Shown in pieces: positions 1-8,079 of a stretch of DNA of 43,660 nt. How positions within the stretch are numbered: the stretch's first letter is position 1; the number at the start of each line of letters is the position of its first letter. The DNA comes from an uncultured Candidatus Saccharibacteria bacterium (GTDB lineage: Bacteria; Patescibacteriota; Andersenbacteria; UBA10190). The notes below the pieces were generated by a model that saw nothing but the letters and a program-made list of their open reading frames with translations, was not told the origin of the DNA and did no database searches. The position numbers and the translations under genes are program-made. The DNA is taken from positions 1 through 43,660 of the forward strand of contig CAYJWZ010000001.1 in the NCBI GenBank assembly GCA_964374055.1, given 5' to 3'.

Positions 1-13
1 AAATAGTTCACTG

Positions 14-47
14 AACCGCTCTTCGACTTCGCTCAGAGCGGTTTTTT
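14..47 (+). terminator. Rho-independent terminator of a gene ending upstream of the window
   Basis: 9-bp stem AACCGCTCT/AGAGCGGTT (14-22 / 35-43) followed by a T-run. Confidence 0.6.
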
Positions 48-62
48 CTTTTACCATAATTT

Positions 63-115
63 TCTCCCCATGTCCCGCTTTGCGGGATCTCGCGTAGCGA
101 GACCTGAGGGGGAGA
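63..115. repeat. Nested GC-rich hairpin module (outer stem enclosing two hairpins)
   Basis: Outer stem TCTCCCC (63-69) / GGGGAGA (109-115); inner hairpins TCCCGC-ttt-GCGGGA (73-87) and TCTCGC-gta-GCGAGA (88-102). Confidence 0.4.
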
Positions 116-345
116 TCAAGAGGGGGTGGGAGCAATAAAAAAGCAGGTCCCTCTTGCGAAGAACCTGCATATGAAAGTGAACAAAATCATTTCCAGTGAA
201 CAACTCATCAACCAACCACAACGGCCAGTGCGTGCGCTAACGATAGGCAGAAACAGAGCCGCTTGGCAAGCCGAGCCGGGGAGAGTATGGTGTCATGAGG
301 CTTGTTTCTACCTGTTCTTTCAACGCTTTATAGGGAGGACGAAGC

Positions 346-585
346 ATGTCAAAAAAGCGGATAATTGGGATTATGGCCGCGGCCATTGGAGTGATCGCCT
401 TCGTGACATATTGGACTCTAAAAGCCAGCACCGACGAAGCCGGGGCAGTAATTCTACTGCTGATTGCAGTCATTTGTACGTTGACTGCCCACACCATGGC
501 AGACCTAGCCGCTGCCGAAGAACCCGCCGCCCAAGAAGTGGCCGCGGAAGAATCTGAAAGTTTCCTCAACCAAGGCGACGGCTGA
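346..585 (+). CDS. Small membrane protein (79 aa, two hydrophobic helices, acidic tail), hypothetical
   Basis: GGGAGG about 7 nt upstream of the ATG; two hydrophobic segments (IIGIMAAAIGVIAFVTYW, AVILLLIAVICTLTA); terminator downstream. Confidence 0.5.
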   Translation: MSKKRIIGIMAAAIGVIAFVTYWTLKASTDEAGAVILLLIAVICTLTAHTMADLAAAEEPAAQEVAAEESESFLNQGDG

Positions 586-680
586 ACATCTGGCTCAACG
601 ACAACTGACAAGAGCCGATTGAACTGGAAGGGGTTTCTGCGGGCGGTCGAGACTTATCGTAAAAAACTATACTTAAACTA

Positions 681-708
681 AAACTGCCCTTCGCCCTGGC
701 AGTTTTTT
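681..708 (+). terminator. Rho-independent terminator
   Basis: AAACTGCC (681-688) / GGCAGTTT (698-705) stem followed by T-run. Confidence 0.65.
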
Positions 709-742
709 CATAGCCTAATTAAGCCAATAAATAAGCAAAACA

Positions 743-770
743 TTGACAAAACGTCCTAAATGAGTATTAT
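743..770 (+). promoter_or_regulatory. Sigma70-like promoter
   Basis: TTGACA (743-748), 16-nt spacer, TATTAT (765-770), about 45 nt upstream of the ORF at 815. Confidence 0.5.
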
Positions 771-814
771 GTAACAGTGTCCTAATCGCCCGTTCTTTAA
801 CCATAGGAGGACCT

Positions 815-1357
815 ATGGTCCTGTTATTCGTCAGTTTGTTTGCCCGTCTTTGGCAACTGTTTGGCTGCTGCCGAAAACCCAACCCGCTCGACCAGGAAAT
901 GGCCGAAATTCGGGCCCAGCACAAAGCTCAACAGGAGACATGGCGACAAAAAGTCGCCTCCGCCCGTCGTCTCCTGACTGGTCCTGATTGGCGTCATCCG
1001 GGCGGCAAGCAGGAATTTGTCACCGAGGTGTATGGCGGCAAAGTGCCCACCTATTTGTGGTACGCCATCGGTAATCGCCGACCTTCGGAGGAAGAATCCA
1101 GAACTATCGCGGAGTTCTTCTGGGGAAAGGAATTCCCTCCGAACTACACTGACTGGGAGCTTCACCGTTCCCAAAATAGAGGCGTCGGAACTGCCATGCG
1201 GATTCGCCATCCTCGACAGTTCGCTGCCGAAATAATTGTCGGCGGCATGCCATGCCCGCTGTACTTGGCAGGGTATGCCGACATGTTCGGCTATGCCGAG
1301 GGTGAACCCGCCGCACTATTCCTCAATCTCTACGAGGAGCCCCCGGCCAGTCCGTAA
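815..1357 (+). CDS. Hypothetical protein (180 aa)
   Basis: AGGAGG (805-810) 4 nt upstream of the ATG; long ORF; no family recognised by eye. Confidence 0.55.
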   Translation: MVLLFVSLFARLWQLFGCCRKPNPLDQEMAEIRAQHKAQQETWRQKVASARRLLTGPDWRHPGGKQEFVTEVYGGKVPTYLWYAIGNRRPSEEESRTIAEFFWGKEFPPNYTDWELHRSQNRGVGTAMRIRHPRQFAAEIIVGGMPCPLYLAGYADMFGYAEGEPAALFLNLYEEPPASP

Positions 1358-1485
1358 AAACGGCCATGTTCTCTCGAGAGGAGCTCACACCCTGTGATCT
1401 CCTCTCCACTTCCCAATCCCGGAACGGTTCCGAGATTGGGATGGTGGAAACCAGCATGTTCCTTTGTTCGTTTCAGGAGGTTCAC

Positions 1486-2040
1486 ATGAAAAAGTTTCGT
1501 TACCTGGGACTATTGTCACTACTCATGGTTGCTGTGGTGCTAGTCGTTTATGTTTGCCTATGGCATTTCAGGAAGCCCACCTACCCCGTCACTGTGAACT
1601 ACGCGAGAACCGTGGAGGACATTGCAAAGCACGCCGACTTCTATTTGGACAACTGGTACAGACACCACTTTAACTCTCGCGACATCCCAGTCAAACGCAC
1701 GGGCATACACGAAGTCACGGTCGAAATCGTTCATTTCAACCGCGAGATCTCGACCGACGAAGCGCTCCGCGAGCTCGACCGGATGGGACTGCGCCCCGCC
1801 GATCTTCACGAACTTCTCGCCTATGGCGAGAAGTATCGCAAGCCCGATAGTAGCAAGCCGGTAGCAGCACTCGACTCCTTCTGGGTGTGGCCCGGGTATA
1901 ACCTGCGCCACTATCCATACCTCGGTGCAGCAACCTTTAGAGGATGGTCAGAGGACACCGGCCATAAGTGCGGTGAAGTGACACTGTACTATCACGAGAA
2001 CTGGGATAGTATGTTTCGGTTTGCGGCCGTCCGCAAATAA
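1486..2040 (+). CDS. Membrane-anchored hypothetical protein (184 aa)
   Basis: Start moved to ATG 1486 (MKKFRYLGLLSLLMVAVVLVV...), preceded by AGGAGG (1475-1480); N-terminal TM helix; terminator downstream. Confidence 0.6.
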   Translation: MKKFRYLGLLSLLMVAVVLVVYVCLWHFRKPTYPVTVNYARTVEDIAKHADFYLDNWYRHHFNSRDIPVKRTGIHEVTVEIVHFNREISTDEALRELDRMGLRPADLHELLAYGEKYRKPDSSKPVAALDSFWVWPGYNLRHYPYLGAATFRGWSEDTGHKCGEVTLYYHENWDSMFRFAAVRK

Positions 2041-2057
2041 CAATTTTGGCCACCATT

Positions 2058-2084
2058 GGCGAGTCCGCAAGACTCGCCTTTTTC
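2058..2084 (+). terminator. Rho-independent terminator
   Basis: GGCGAGTC-cgcaa-GACTCGCC followed by TTTTTC. Confidence 0.7.
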
Positions 2085-2098
2085 TTGCAAAGCAACAA

Positions 2099-2166
2099 CC
2101 CCGCGAATGCGGGGTGAGGCCACTCACACCCCTCACCCTGACCCTCTCCCCGTTAGGGGCGAGGGG
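2099..2166. repeat. Cluster of GC-rich hairpin repeats (CCCTCTCCCC/GGGGCGAGGG type)
   Basis: CCCCGC-gaat-GCGGGG (2099-2114); GGGGTGAGG / CCTCACCC; CCCTCTCCCC-gtta-GGGGCGAGGG (2142-2166). Related sequences at 8038-8072 and 42391-42500. Confidence 0.6.
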
Positions 2167-2178
2167 AACCAGAGAAGC

Positions 2179-2206
2179 TTGACACAAACCTTGGGATGCG
2201 TATACT
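2179..2206 (+). promoter_or_regulatory. Sigma70-like promoter upstream of the aspS leader
   Basis: TTGACA (2179-2184), 16-nt spacer, TATACT (2201-2206). Confidence 0.5.
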
Positions 2207-2212
2207 TACCAG

Positions 2213-2561
2213 TTGATCTTTTACAGTGGCGAAGTCGTGCTTTTAGCCCGCCTACGCGAAAGCTACGGCGAGGCAAGGCCTGATCTGTGGTGAGGAGGGG
2301 CTCCTGGGCAACACAGGTGGACCAGTTTCGGCTTGTCCACTCTTGAGCCTGGAAAGCTGGTCGTGTATTCCTACTGCTTACGCGACACTTTCCCGCTCAA
2401 GCGGGGATACTCCTCGTCACTGATCAGGCTTTGACTTTTCAAGGCCTTGTTCTTTCCTTTTTATGAGCCCCGTCCGAAGGAGCGGGGCGCATCCTGGGCA
2501 TACGACATCTTTAGTCGCAAGACTTAAAGAACCCGGGAGTGTGCCGGCAAGCTAAAACAGC
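2213..2561 (+). promoter_or_regulatory. About 350-nt structured leader or ncRNA upstream of aspS (class unknown)
   Basis: 20-position long-range helix 2278-2297 / 2410-2429 (one mismatch, two G-U) enclosing hairpins GTGGAC..GTCCAC (2327-2340 region) and CCCGC-tcaa-GCGGG; further hairpin GCCCCG..CGGGGC (2467-2489). Confidence 0.35.
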
Positions 2562-3950
2562 TTGTCTGTAGACTCCTTGGACGCACTCGACTATTCTTTA
2601 GAAGTGCCGAAAACAATCCTCACCCCCAATCAGTATCGCACCCACACCGTGGGCGAATTACGCCAAGACCTTGCCGGACAAACAGTCCGCTTAGCCGGCT
2701 GGGTGCATGCGCTGCGAGCGCAAAGTAAAATTATCTTTCTTGTTTTGCGCGATCGCGACGGTGTAGTCCAGACCGTTATTCTGCCTGATAACGCGAGTGT
2801 TTTTGCGGCTGCCAAAAAACTTCCCGAAGAATCAGTCGTGACCATTGAAGGCACCGTGGTGGCTGCACCGCAAGCGCCGGGCGGCATCGAAGTGCATGTG
2901 CAGCAGCTGGAAATACTTTCAGCCGCTGAACCGCAGTTACCCATACCGATTATCGAAAAGGGTGGCAACGAAACCGACCAGTCGGTTCGCTTGGATTACC
3001 GCTGGTTAGATCTACGCAAGCCGCATAAGCTCTTAATTTTTAAGATATGGACTCTTCTTGAAGAAGCATTCCGCGAATATTTCCTCCAACAAAAATTTTT
3101 GCAAATTCATTCGCCAAAACTGATGAGCACCCCCAGTGAATCGGGAGCGGAAGTGTTTGCAGTCAAATATTTCGAGCGGTCGGCTTATTTGGCGCAGTCG
3201 CCGCAGTTCTATAAACAGATGGCGATGGCCGCTGGTTTTGAGCGAGTGTTTGAGATTGGGCCGGTGTTTCGGGCTGAACCTTCGTTTACCACCCGCCACG
3301 CCACTGAATTCACTGGCTTTGACTTTGAGATGTCATTTATTAGGTCCCCTCAGGAAGTGATGTCAATGTGGGCCGAGGCAATTACTCATATCCTGCAGCG
3401 GGTAGCCGGGGAATATGGCGAACGTATCAAACAGACATACGGCGTTGCTGTGGTTGTACCCACCCTGCCCTTTCCGCAAATGACTATGGCGGAAGCCAAA
3501 GCGCTTTTAGCCAAACACAATATTCAGAGTGAGCGCGCCGGCGATTTAAGCCCCGAGGAAGAACGCGCTCTGGGCGAGTTAATCCGCCGGCAGCATGGTC
3601 ATGAATTTATCTACATCACCGAGTATCCAACGACGGTGCGCCCCTTTTATCATATGCGGGCTGCTAACAATCCGGCAGTCACCTTAAGCTTTGATTTACT
3701 TTGGAAAGGCATGGAAATAACGACTGGTGCCCAACGTGAACATCGCTATGACATTCTGTGCGCGCAAGCTAAGGAAAAGGGCCTTAACCTTGATTTGATC
3801 CAGCACTATCTCAATTTCTTTCGCTACGGATGTCCGCCGCATGGGGGAGCGGGAATTGGCCCCGGCCGCATGCTAATGCTACTGCTCAACCTCGACAGTA
3901 TTCGCGAGACGACATATATTTATCGCGGCGTTAAGCGCCTAACACCATAA
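2562..3950 (+). CDS. aspS: Aspartyl-tRNA synthetase, archaeal/eukaryal type
   Basis: OB-fold N-domain (VRLAGWVHALRAQSKIIFLVLRDRDGVVQ); class II motif 2 GPVFRAEPSFTTRHATEFTGFDFE; motif 3 GGAGIGPGRMLMLL. The 462-aa length implies no bacterial insertion domain. TTG start is uncertain. Confidence 0.9.
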   Translation: MSVDSLDALDYSLEVPKTILTPNQYRTHTVGELRQDLAGQTVRLAGWVHALRAQSKIIFLVLRDRDGVVQTVILPDNASVFAAAKKLPEESVVTIEGTVVAAPQAPGGIEVHVQQLEILSAAEPQLPIPIIEKGGNETDQSVRLDYRWLDLRKPHKLLIFKIWTLLEEAFREYFLQQKFLQIHSPKLMSTPSESGAEVFAVKYFERSAYLAQSPQFYKQMAMAAGFERVFEIGPVFRAEPSFTTRHATEFTGFDFEMSFIRSPQEVMSMWAEAITHILQRVAGEYGERIKQTYGVAVVVPTLPFPQMTMAEAKALLAKHNIQSERAGDLSPEEERALGELIRRQHGHEFIYITEYPTTVRPFYHMRAANNPAVTLSFDLLWKGMEITTGAQREHRYDILCAQAKEKGLNLDLIQHYLNFFRYGCPPHGGAGIGPGRMLMLLLNLDSIRETTYIYRGVKRLTP

Positions 3951-3958
3951 ACAAAAAC

Positions 3959-5185
3959 ATGGAAACATCTCTTCCGGCCACGACTTCACCGGTACCACCG
4001 AGGCGCCCAGCCCGCGCCATACTCGGCATTGTTATTTTGCTCGTCTTTTTCGGTGGCCTATTTATTGGCCGCTACGTGTTGCCTGGCCAGCCGGCACCAG
4101 GCGCCCCGCTGCAATTTGTCAGTGTTCAGGAAGGAAAACGCGAATTGGTTTTTCCTACCTTTTGGGAAGCCTGGGATGTACTGCACGAGAATTTTAACGG
4201 CGCCCTCGACATGCCAAAGCTGTATTACGGGGCGGTCGAAGGCATGGTCCGCGCCGCTGGCGACCCGTACACCGTATTTGCCGACCCGGATGCCACTAAA
4301 CAATTTTCGGAAACCCTCTCCGGCAGTTTTTCCGGCATTGGCATCGAGATCGGTCTCCAGAGTGGAGTGATTACCGTCATTGCCCCGCTGGAAGGCTCCC
4401 CAGCCGCTCAAGCGGGAATTAAAACCAAAGATATCATCATTGCCGTTGACAAAAAACCCATCACCGCTGATGCCAGCCTCGATGAAGTGGTGCGTAAGAT
4501 CCGCGGGCCAAAAGGCAGTACCGTCACCCTGACTGTTTTCCATGAAGGTTCAAAAGAGCCAGTCGATATTGCCATCAAACGCGATACTATCGAAGTCGAA
4601 AGCGTGAAGCTGAAAATTGAAGAGGGGATAGCTCACCTTAGCATTACCAATTTCCGCTCCGATACGACTACTGCTTTCAACAACGCCATTCGCGAAATCC
4701 AACGTGCCAAAGTTAAAGGCATGTTACTCGATCTGCGCGGTAACCCCGGTGGTTTTCTGGAAAGTGCCGTGGAAATCTCTTCGCGTTTCCTGCCCGAGGA
4801 TGCGCTCGTGGTCAGCGAAAAAGGCAAAGAAAATAAAGACTTTAAATCAAAAGGTAGCCACCCACTGCTTGATATACCAACTGTCGTTTTGGTTGATAGC
4901 GGCTCCGCCTCGGCTTCGGAAATCGTTGCCGGCGCCCTGGGTGACATTCGTCATGCCCCGATTGTCGGCACCAAAACGTTTGGCAAAGGCTCGGTGCAGG
5001 AGTTTATCAAATTGAAAGACGGCAGCAGCTTGCGCGTCACCGTTGCCAAGTGGTTCACACCCAGCGGACGATCCATTAATGAACAGGGGATAGCACCGAC
5101 CAGTGAAGTCAAAAACGATCCAAACACTGATACTGACGAAGTGCTCGATCGCGCCCGAGCCGAATTGAAAACCATCATTAAGTAA
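3959..5185 (+). CDS. Carboxy-terminal processing protease (S41 family, PDZ domain)
   Basis: N-terminal TM anchor; GIGIEIG PDZ region; DLRGNPGG; SASASEIVAGAL; TFGKGSVQ. Confidence 0.9.
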   Translation: METSLPATTSPVPPRRPARAILGIVILLVFFGGLFIGRYVLPGQPAPGAPLQFVSVQEGKRELVFPTFWEAWDVLHENFNGALDMPKLYYGAVEGMVRAAGDPYTVFADPDATKQFSETLSGSFSGIGIEIGLQSGVITVIAPLEGSPAAQAGIKTKDIIIAVDKKPITADASLDEVVRKIRGPKGSTVTLTVFHEGSKEPVDIAIKRDTIEVESVKLKIEEGIAHLSITNFRSDTTTAFNNAIREIQRAKVKGMLLDLRGNPGGFLESAVEISSRFLPEDALVVSEKGKENKDFKSKGSHPLLDIPTVVLVDSGSASASEIVAGALGDIRHAPIVGTKTFGKGSVQEFIKLKDGSSLRVTVAKWFTPSGRSINEQGIAPTSEVKNDPNTDTDEVLDRARAELKTIIK

Positions 5186-5201
5186 CCTACGCTTACGTAC
5201 A

Positions 5202-5690
5202 ATGAGCAAAAAAGTCTCCGTGATCCTCTTGGAAGACGTAGCCGGACTGGGCCAAGCCGGCGATATTATTGCCGTCAGCGAAGGCTATGCCCGTAATTTT
5301 TTATTTTTAGAAGGTAAAGCGGCCCTGGCTACAGCCGAAGCTAAAGCCAAACAAGTTGCCCAAACCAAAGCTACTGAAGCCGAGAAGGCGGCCACTACGC
5401 AGGCAGCCCAAGGGTTGGCTCAAACACTCGATGGCACCGAACTAACCCTTAAAGCGCGGGTGAAAGACGGCACTGAAATTTTCGGCCGGATTACTAAAAA
5501 GCAAATCGCCGACGAGTTGAACAAGCAGGCAAAACTCAAACTAACACCAAAACAAGTTGATCTGACCAAACCAATCACCACTATTGGCAGCCAGGATGTG
5601 ACGATCAATTTAACCAGCGACGTTACGGCGACTATTAGGATAACCGTCGAGGCCGACCCAACATCACTGCCAGCCAGCGATGAAGAATAA
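5202..5690 (+). CDS. rplI: 50S ribosomal protein L9
   Basis: N-terminus KVSVILLEDVAGLGQAGDIIAVSEGYARNFLF matches the conserved L9 N-domain; overlaps pyrG by 11 nt. Confidence 0.85.
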   Translation: MSKKVSVILLEDVAGLGQAGDIIAVSEGYARNFLFLEGKAALATAEAKAKQVAQTKATEAEKAATTQAAQGLAQTLDGTELTLKARVKDGTEIFGRITKKQIADELNKQAKLKLTPKQVDLTKPITTIGSQDVTINLTSDVTATIRITVEADPTSLPASDEE

Positions 5691-7299
5691 GCCCAAATTT
5701 ATTTTCGTTACCGGGGGTGTGCTGTCCGGCCTCGGTAAGGGAATAACGGCTGCCTCAATTGGTAATATTTTGAAAGCTCGCGGCTGGAAGGTCAGCATAC
5801 AAAAGTTCGATCAGTATATAAACGTTGACGCCGGCACGCTCAACCCGGCCGAACACGGCGAAGTGTTTGTCACCGACGACGGTGCCGAAACCGACCTTGA
5901 TTTGGGTCATTACGAGCGCTTCTTAAACCAGAAAATGACGAAGAATTCCTCCGTTATGACCGGCCGAATATATAACGAAGTGATTACGCGCGAACGGCGC
6001 GGCGAATATCTCGGCAAAACAGTGCAGGTAATTCCGCATTTAACTGACGAAGTAAAACGGCAAGCTCTGACCGCTGCTAAGCAAAGCGGCTGTGATATTC
6101 ACATTGTGGAAATTGGCGGCACAGTGGGGGATAACGAAGGTTTTCATTTCATTGAAGCCGCCCGGCAGATGCGCCTTGATTTAGGAGAGGATAATGTCCT
6201 CTACGTCCACGTCGTTTTCCTACCGTTTTTAAAAGCCTCCGACGAAGTCAAAACCAAACCAGCTCAAAACAGCGTCCGCGAACTGCGCAGCATTGGTATC
6301 CAGCCCGATGTCTTAATAACACGCACTGATCATGAAGTGCGAGAAGGCATGATTAAAAAGTTGTCACTCTATACTAATGTCGAGCCGGAAGCAATTTTGC
6401 CCCTCGTAACCGCTCAAACCGTTTATGAAGTACCCCTCGTCATGGAACACAACAAACTAGATGAAGTGATACTAAAAAAACTTGGTCTCAAGCCAGCCAA
6501 GCGCGCCAGCACCGAATGGGCTGATTTAGTAACAAAAATTAAAACTGCCAAACCGACCATCACGATTGCCTTAGTGGGGAAGTACACTACCATGCTCGAT
6601 ACCTACGCCAGTTTAGTTGAAGCTCTCAAAGCGGCTGCCTGGCACAACAATCGGGATCTTATTCTGCGCTGGATTGATGCCGAAGAAGTGGAACGGGCGG
6701 GTGCGGAAGAGTTGTTGCGCGCTGCCGCCGGCATTACCGTACCCGGCGGGTTTGGTGTCCGCGGCACCGAAGGCAAGATCAAAGCCATCCAGTACGCCCG
6801 CGAAAATAAAATTCCCTATCTCGGCCTGTGTCTTGGCATGCAACTGGCTGTTATTGAATTTGCCCGTAACGTCGCCGGAATTTCTCAAGCAACCAGCGAA
6901 GAATTTGTCGAAGGAGAAAATAATAAAGCTTCATGTGTTATTCATATTATGGATTCCCAGAAAACCATCACCGACAAAGGCGGTACAATGCGATTGGGCG
7001 GTTGGGACTGTGTACTGACGCCCGGTTCACAAAGTCACAAAGCATATGGCAGTGAAAATATCCGCGAACGCCACCGCCATCGCTACGAATTTAACAACGA
7101 CTTCCGCGACCAGCTTACCAAAGCCGGCATGGCACTCACTGGTACAACAACGGATGAACAATTAGTCGAAATCATCGAAATCCCCAATCATCCCTGGTTT
7201 GTCGGTGTCCAATTCCATCCCGAATTCACCTCCCGACCAATCACTGGCCACCCTCTCTTCAACGCCTTCCTCGCCGCCGCCAAAAAGCACTCCACTTGA
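5680..7299 (+). CDS. pyrG: CTP synthase
   Basis: KFIFVTGGVLSGLGKGITAASIG; C-terminal glutamine amidotransferase with GLCLGMQ and HRHRYEFN. Confidence 0.95.
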   Translation: MKNKPKFIFVTGGVLSGLGKGITAASIGNILKARGWKVSIQKFDQYINVDAGTLNPAEHGEVFVTDDGAETDLDLGHYERFLNQKMTKNSSVMTGRIYNEVITRERRGEYLGKTVQVIPHLTDEVKRQALTAAKQSGCDIHIVEIGGTVGDNEGFHFIEAARQMRLDLGEDNVLYVHVVFLPFLKASDEVKTKPAQNSVRELRSIGIQPDVLITRTDHEVREGMIKKLSLYTNVEPEAILPLVTAQTVYEVPLVMEHNKLDEVILKKLGLKPAKRASTEWADLVTKIKTAKPTITIALVGKYTTMLDTYASLVEALKAAAWHNNRDLILRWIDAEEVERAGAEELLRAAAGITVPGGFGVRGTEGKIKAIQYARENKIPYLGLCLGMQLAVIEFARNVAGISQATSEEFVEGENNKASCVIHIMDSQKTITDKGGTMRLGGWDCVLTPGSQSHKAYGSENIRERHRHRYEFNNDFRDQLTKAGMALTGTTTDEQLVEIIEIPNHPWFVGVQFHPEFTSRPITGHPLFNAFLAAAKKHST

Positions 7300-7370
7300 C
7301 AAAAACTGAAATAGTAATACAATAAAACCAGTTCCCTTCACCTAAAAACCACCACAGAAAGGAGGCCATT

Positions 7371-7697
7371 GTGGCTTACGTCGAAACGATCGGCGTCTCG
7401 TTGGCTATGCTCTTCATCATGCGCTGGCTGATACTTGATCTGCCCACCCTAATATTCGGCCGAAACAGTCTTATGGGATGGGCCTGTGGAAAAGTCCAGC
7501 GACTTCTCTACACCATCCTCATGACGCCAGCCAACATGTTTCGCGATGGTGCGAAAGAAGTCAGGCGAAGTGTTCGCCGCCAACCATGGTGGCAGCAGCT
7601 AACCGCCATCTTCTTCGCGTTACTCCTATGCATTGCTTGGCTGGCTTTTTGGCTCCCAGCCAAAGTAATTGGCCGCCCACCTGGCAAGAAAAAGTAG
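7371..7697 (+). CDS. Hypothetical membrane protein (108 aa)
   Basis: GTG start with AAAGGAGG (7357-7365) upstream; hydrophobic N- and C-terminal segments; terminator follows. Confidence 0.5.
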   Translation: MAYVETIGVSLAMLFIMRWLILDLPTLIFGRNSLMGWACGKVQRLLYTILMTPANMFRDGAKEVRRSVRRQPWWQQLTAIFFALLLCIAWLAFWLPAKVIGRPPGKKK

Positions 7698-7701
7698 CCA
7701 C

Positions 7702-7735
7702 AAACCCCGTTGGGAAACCAGCGGGGTTTCTTTCT
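7702..7735 (+). terminator. Rho-independent terminator between convergent genes
   Basis: AAACCCCG (7702-7709) / CGGGGTTT (7722-7729) followed by CTTTCT. Confidence 0.6.
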
Positions 7736-7746
7736 GCCAAAATTAT

Positions 7747-8022
7747 TTATTTCGCGATCGCGACGACGGTTGTTCGTTTCGTAGCGCCGGTAAATGTTTT
7801 GATCTTTGGCCGGGTGAACTGCACCATGCCTCCCACGGCCGCGTAAAGCGTATCATCGGCGCCCCGGCGTACGTTGAGTCCCGGGCGATAGCGCGTCCCG
7901 CGCTGCCGAATAATGACTTCACCGGCTTGTGCCGGCTGGCCGCTAAAAACCTTGACGCCGAGCCGCTTGGAATGCGAATCGCGCCCGAGACTGGTGGAGC
8001 CGCCTGCTTTCTTATGTGCCAT
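7747..8022 (-). CDS. rpmA: 50S ribosomal protein L27
   Basis: [26 protein letters not shown]... is the canonical L27 N-terminus. Confidence 0.95.
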   Translation of the reverse strand: MAHKKAGGSTSLGRDSHSKRLGVKVFSGQPAQAGEVIIRQRGTRYRPGLNVRRGADDTLYAAVGGMVQFTRPKIKTFTGATKRTTVVAIAK

Positions 8023-8037
8023 AGATTCTCTGGTTTT

Positions 8038-8072
8038 CCTCGCCCTGGATAGGGAGAGGATTAAGGTGAGGG
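8038..8072. repeat. GC-rich hairpin repeat (CCTCGCCCT/AGGGAGAGG type)
   Basis: CCTCGCCCT-ggat-AGGGAGAGG followed by AAGGTGAGGG; same family as 2142-2166 and 42391-42426. Confidence 0.55.
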
Positions 8073-8079
8073 TTAATAA

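Noticed and set aside
126-611. Overlapping ORFs 126-557 (+) and 237-611 (-) in the ORF track
   Set aside because: They overlap the better-supported 346-585 ORF, which has an RBS and TM helices. Their translations are Arg/Ser-rich, alternative-frame-looking sequences with no RBS.
2056-2283. 75-aa ORF translating to ...PHPDPLPVRGEGNQ...
   Set aside because: It runs through a terminator and a stack of GC-rich hairpin repeats. The peptide is the typical translation artefact of such repeats.
2213-2561. T-box riboswitch upstream of aspS
   Set aside because: I could not find the conserved T-box sequence (..GGGTGGTACCGCG..) or a terminator/antiterminator pair next to the start codon. It is kept only as an unclassified structured leader.
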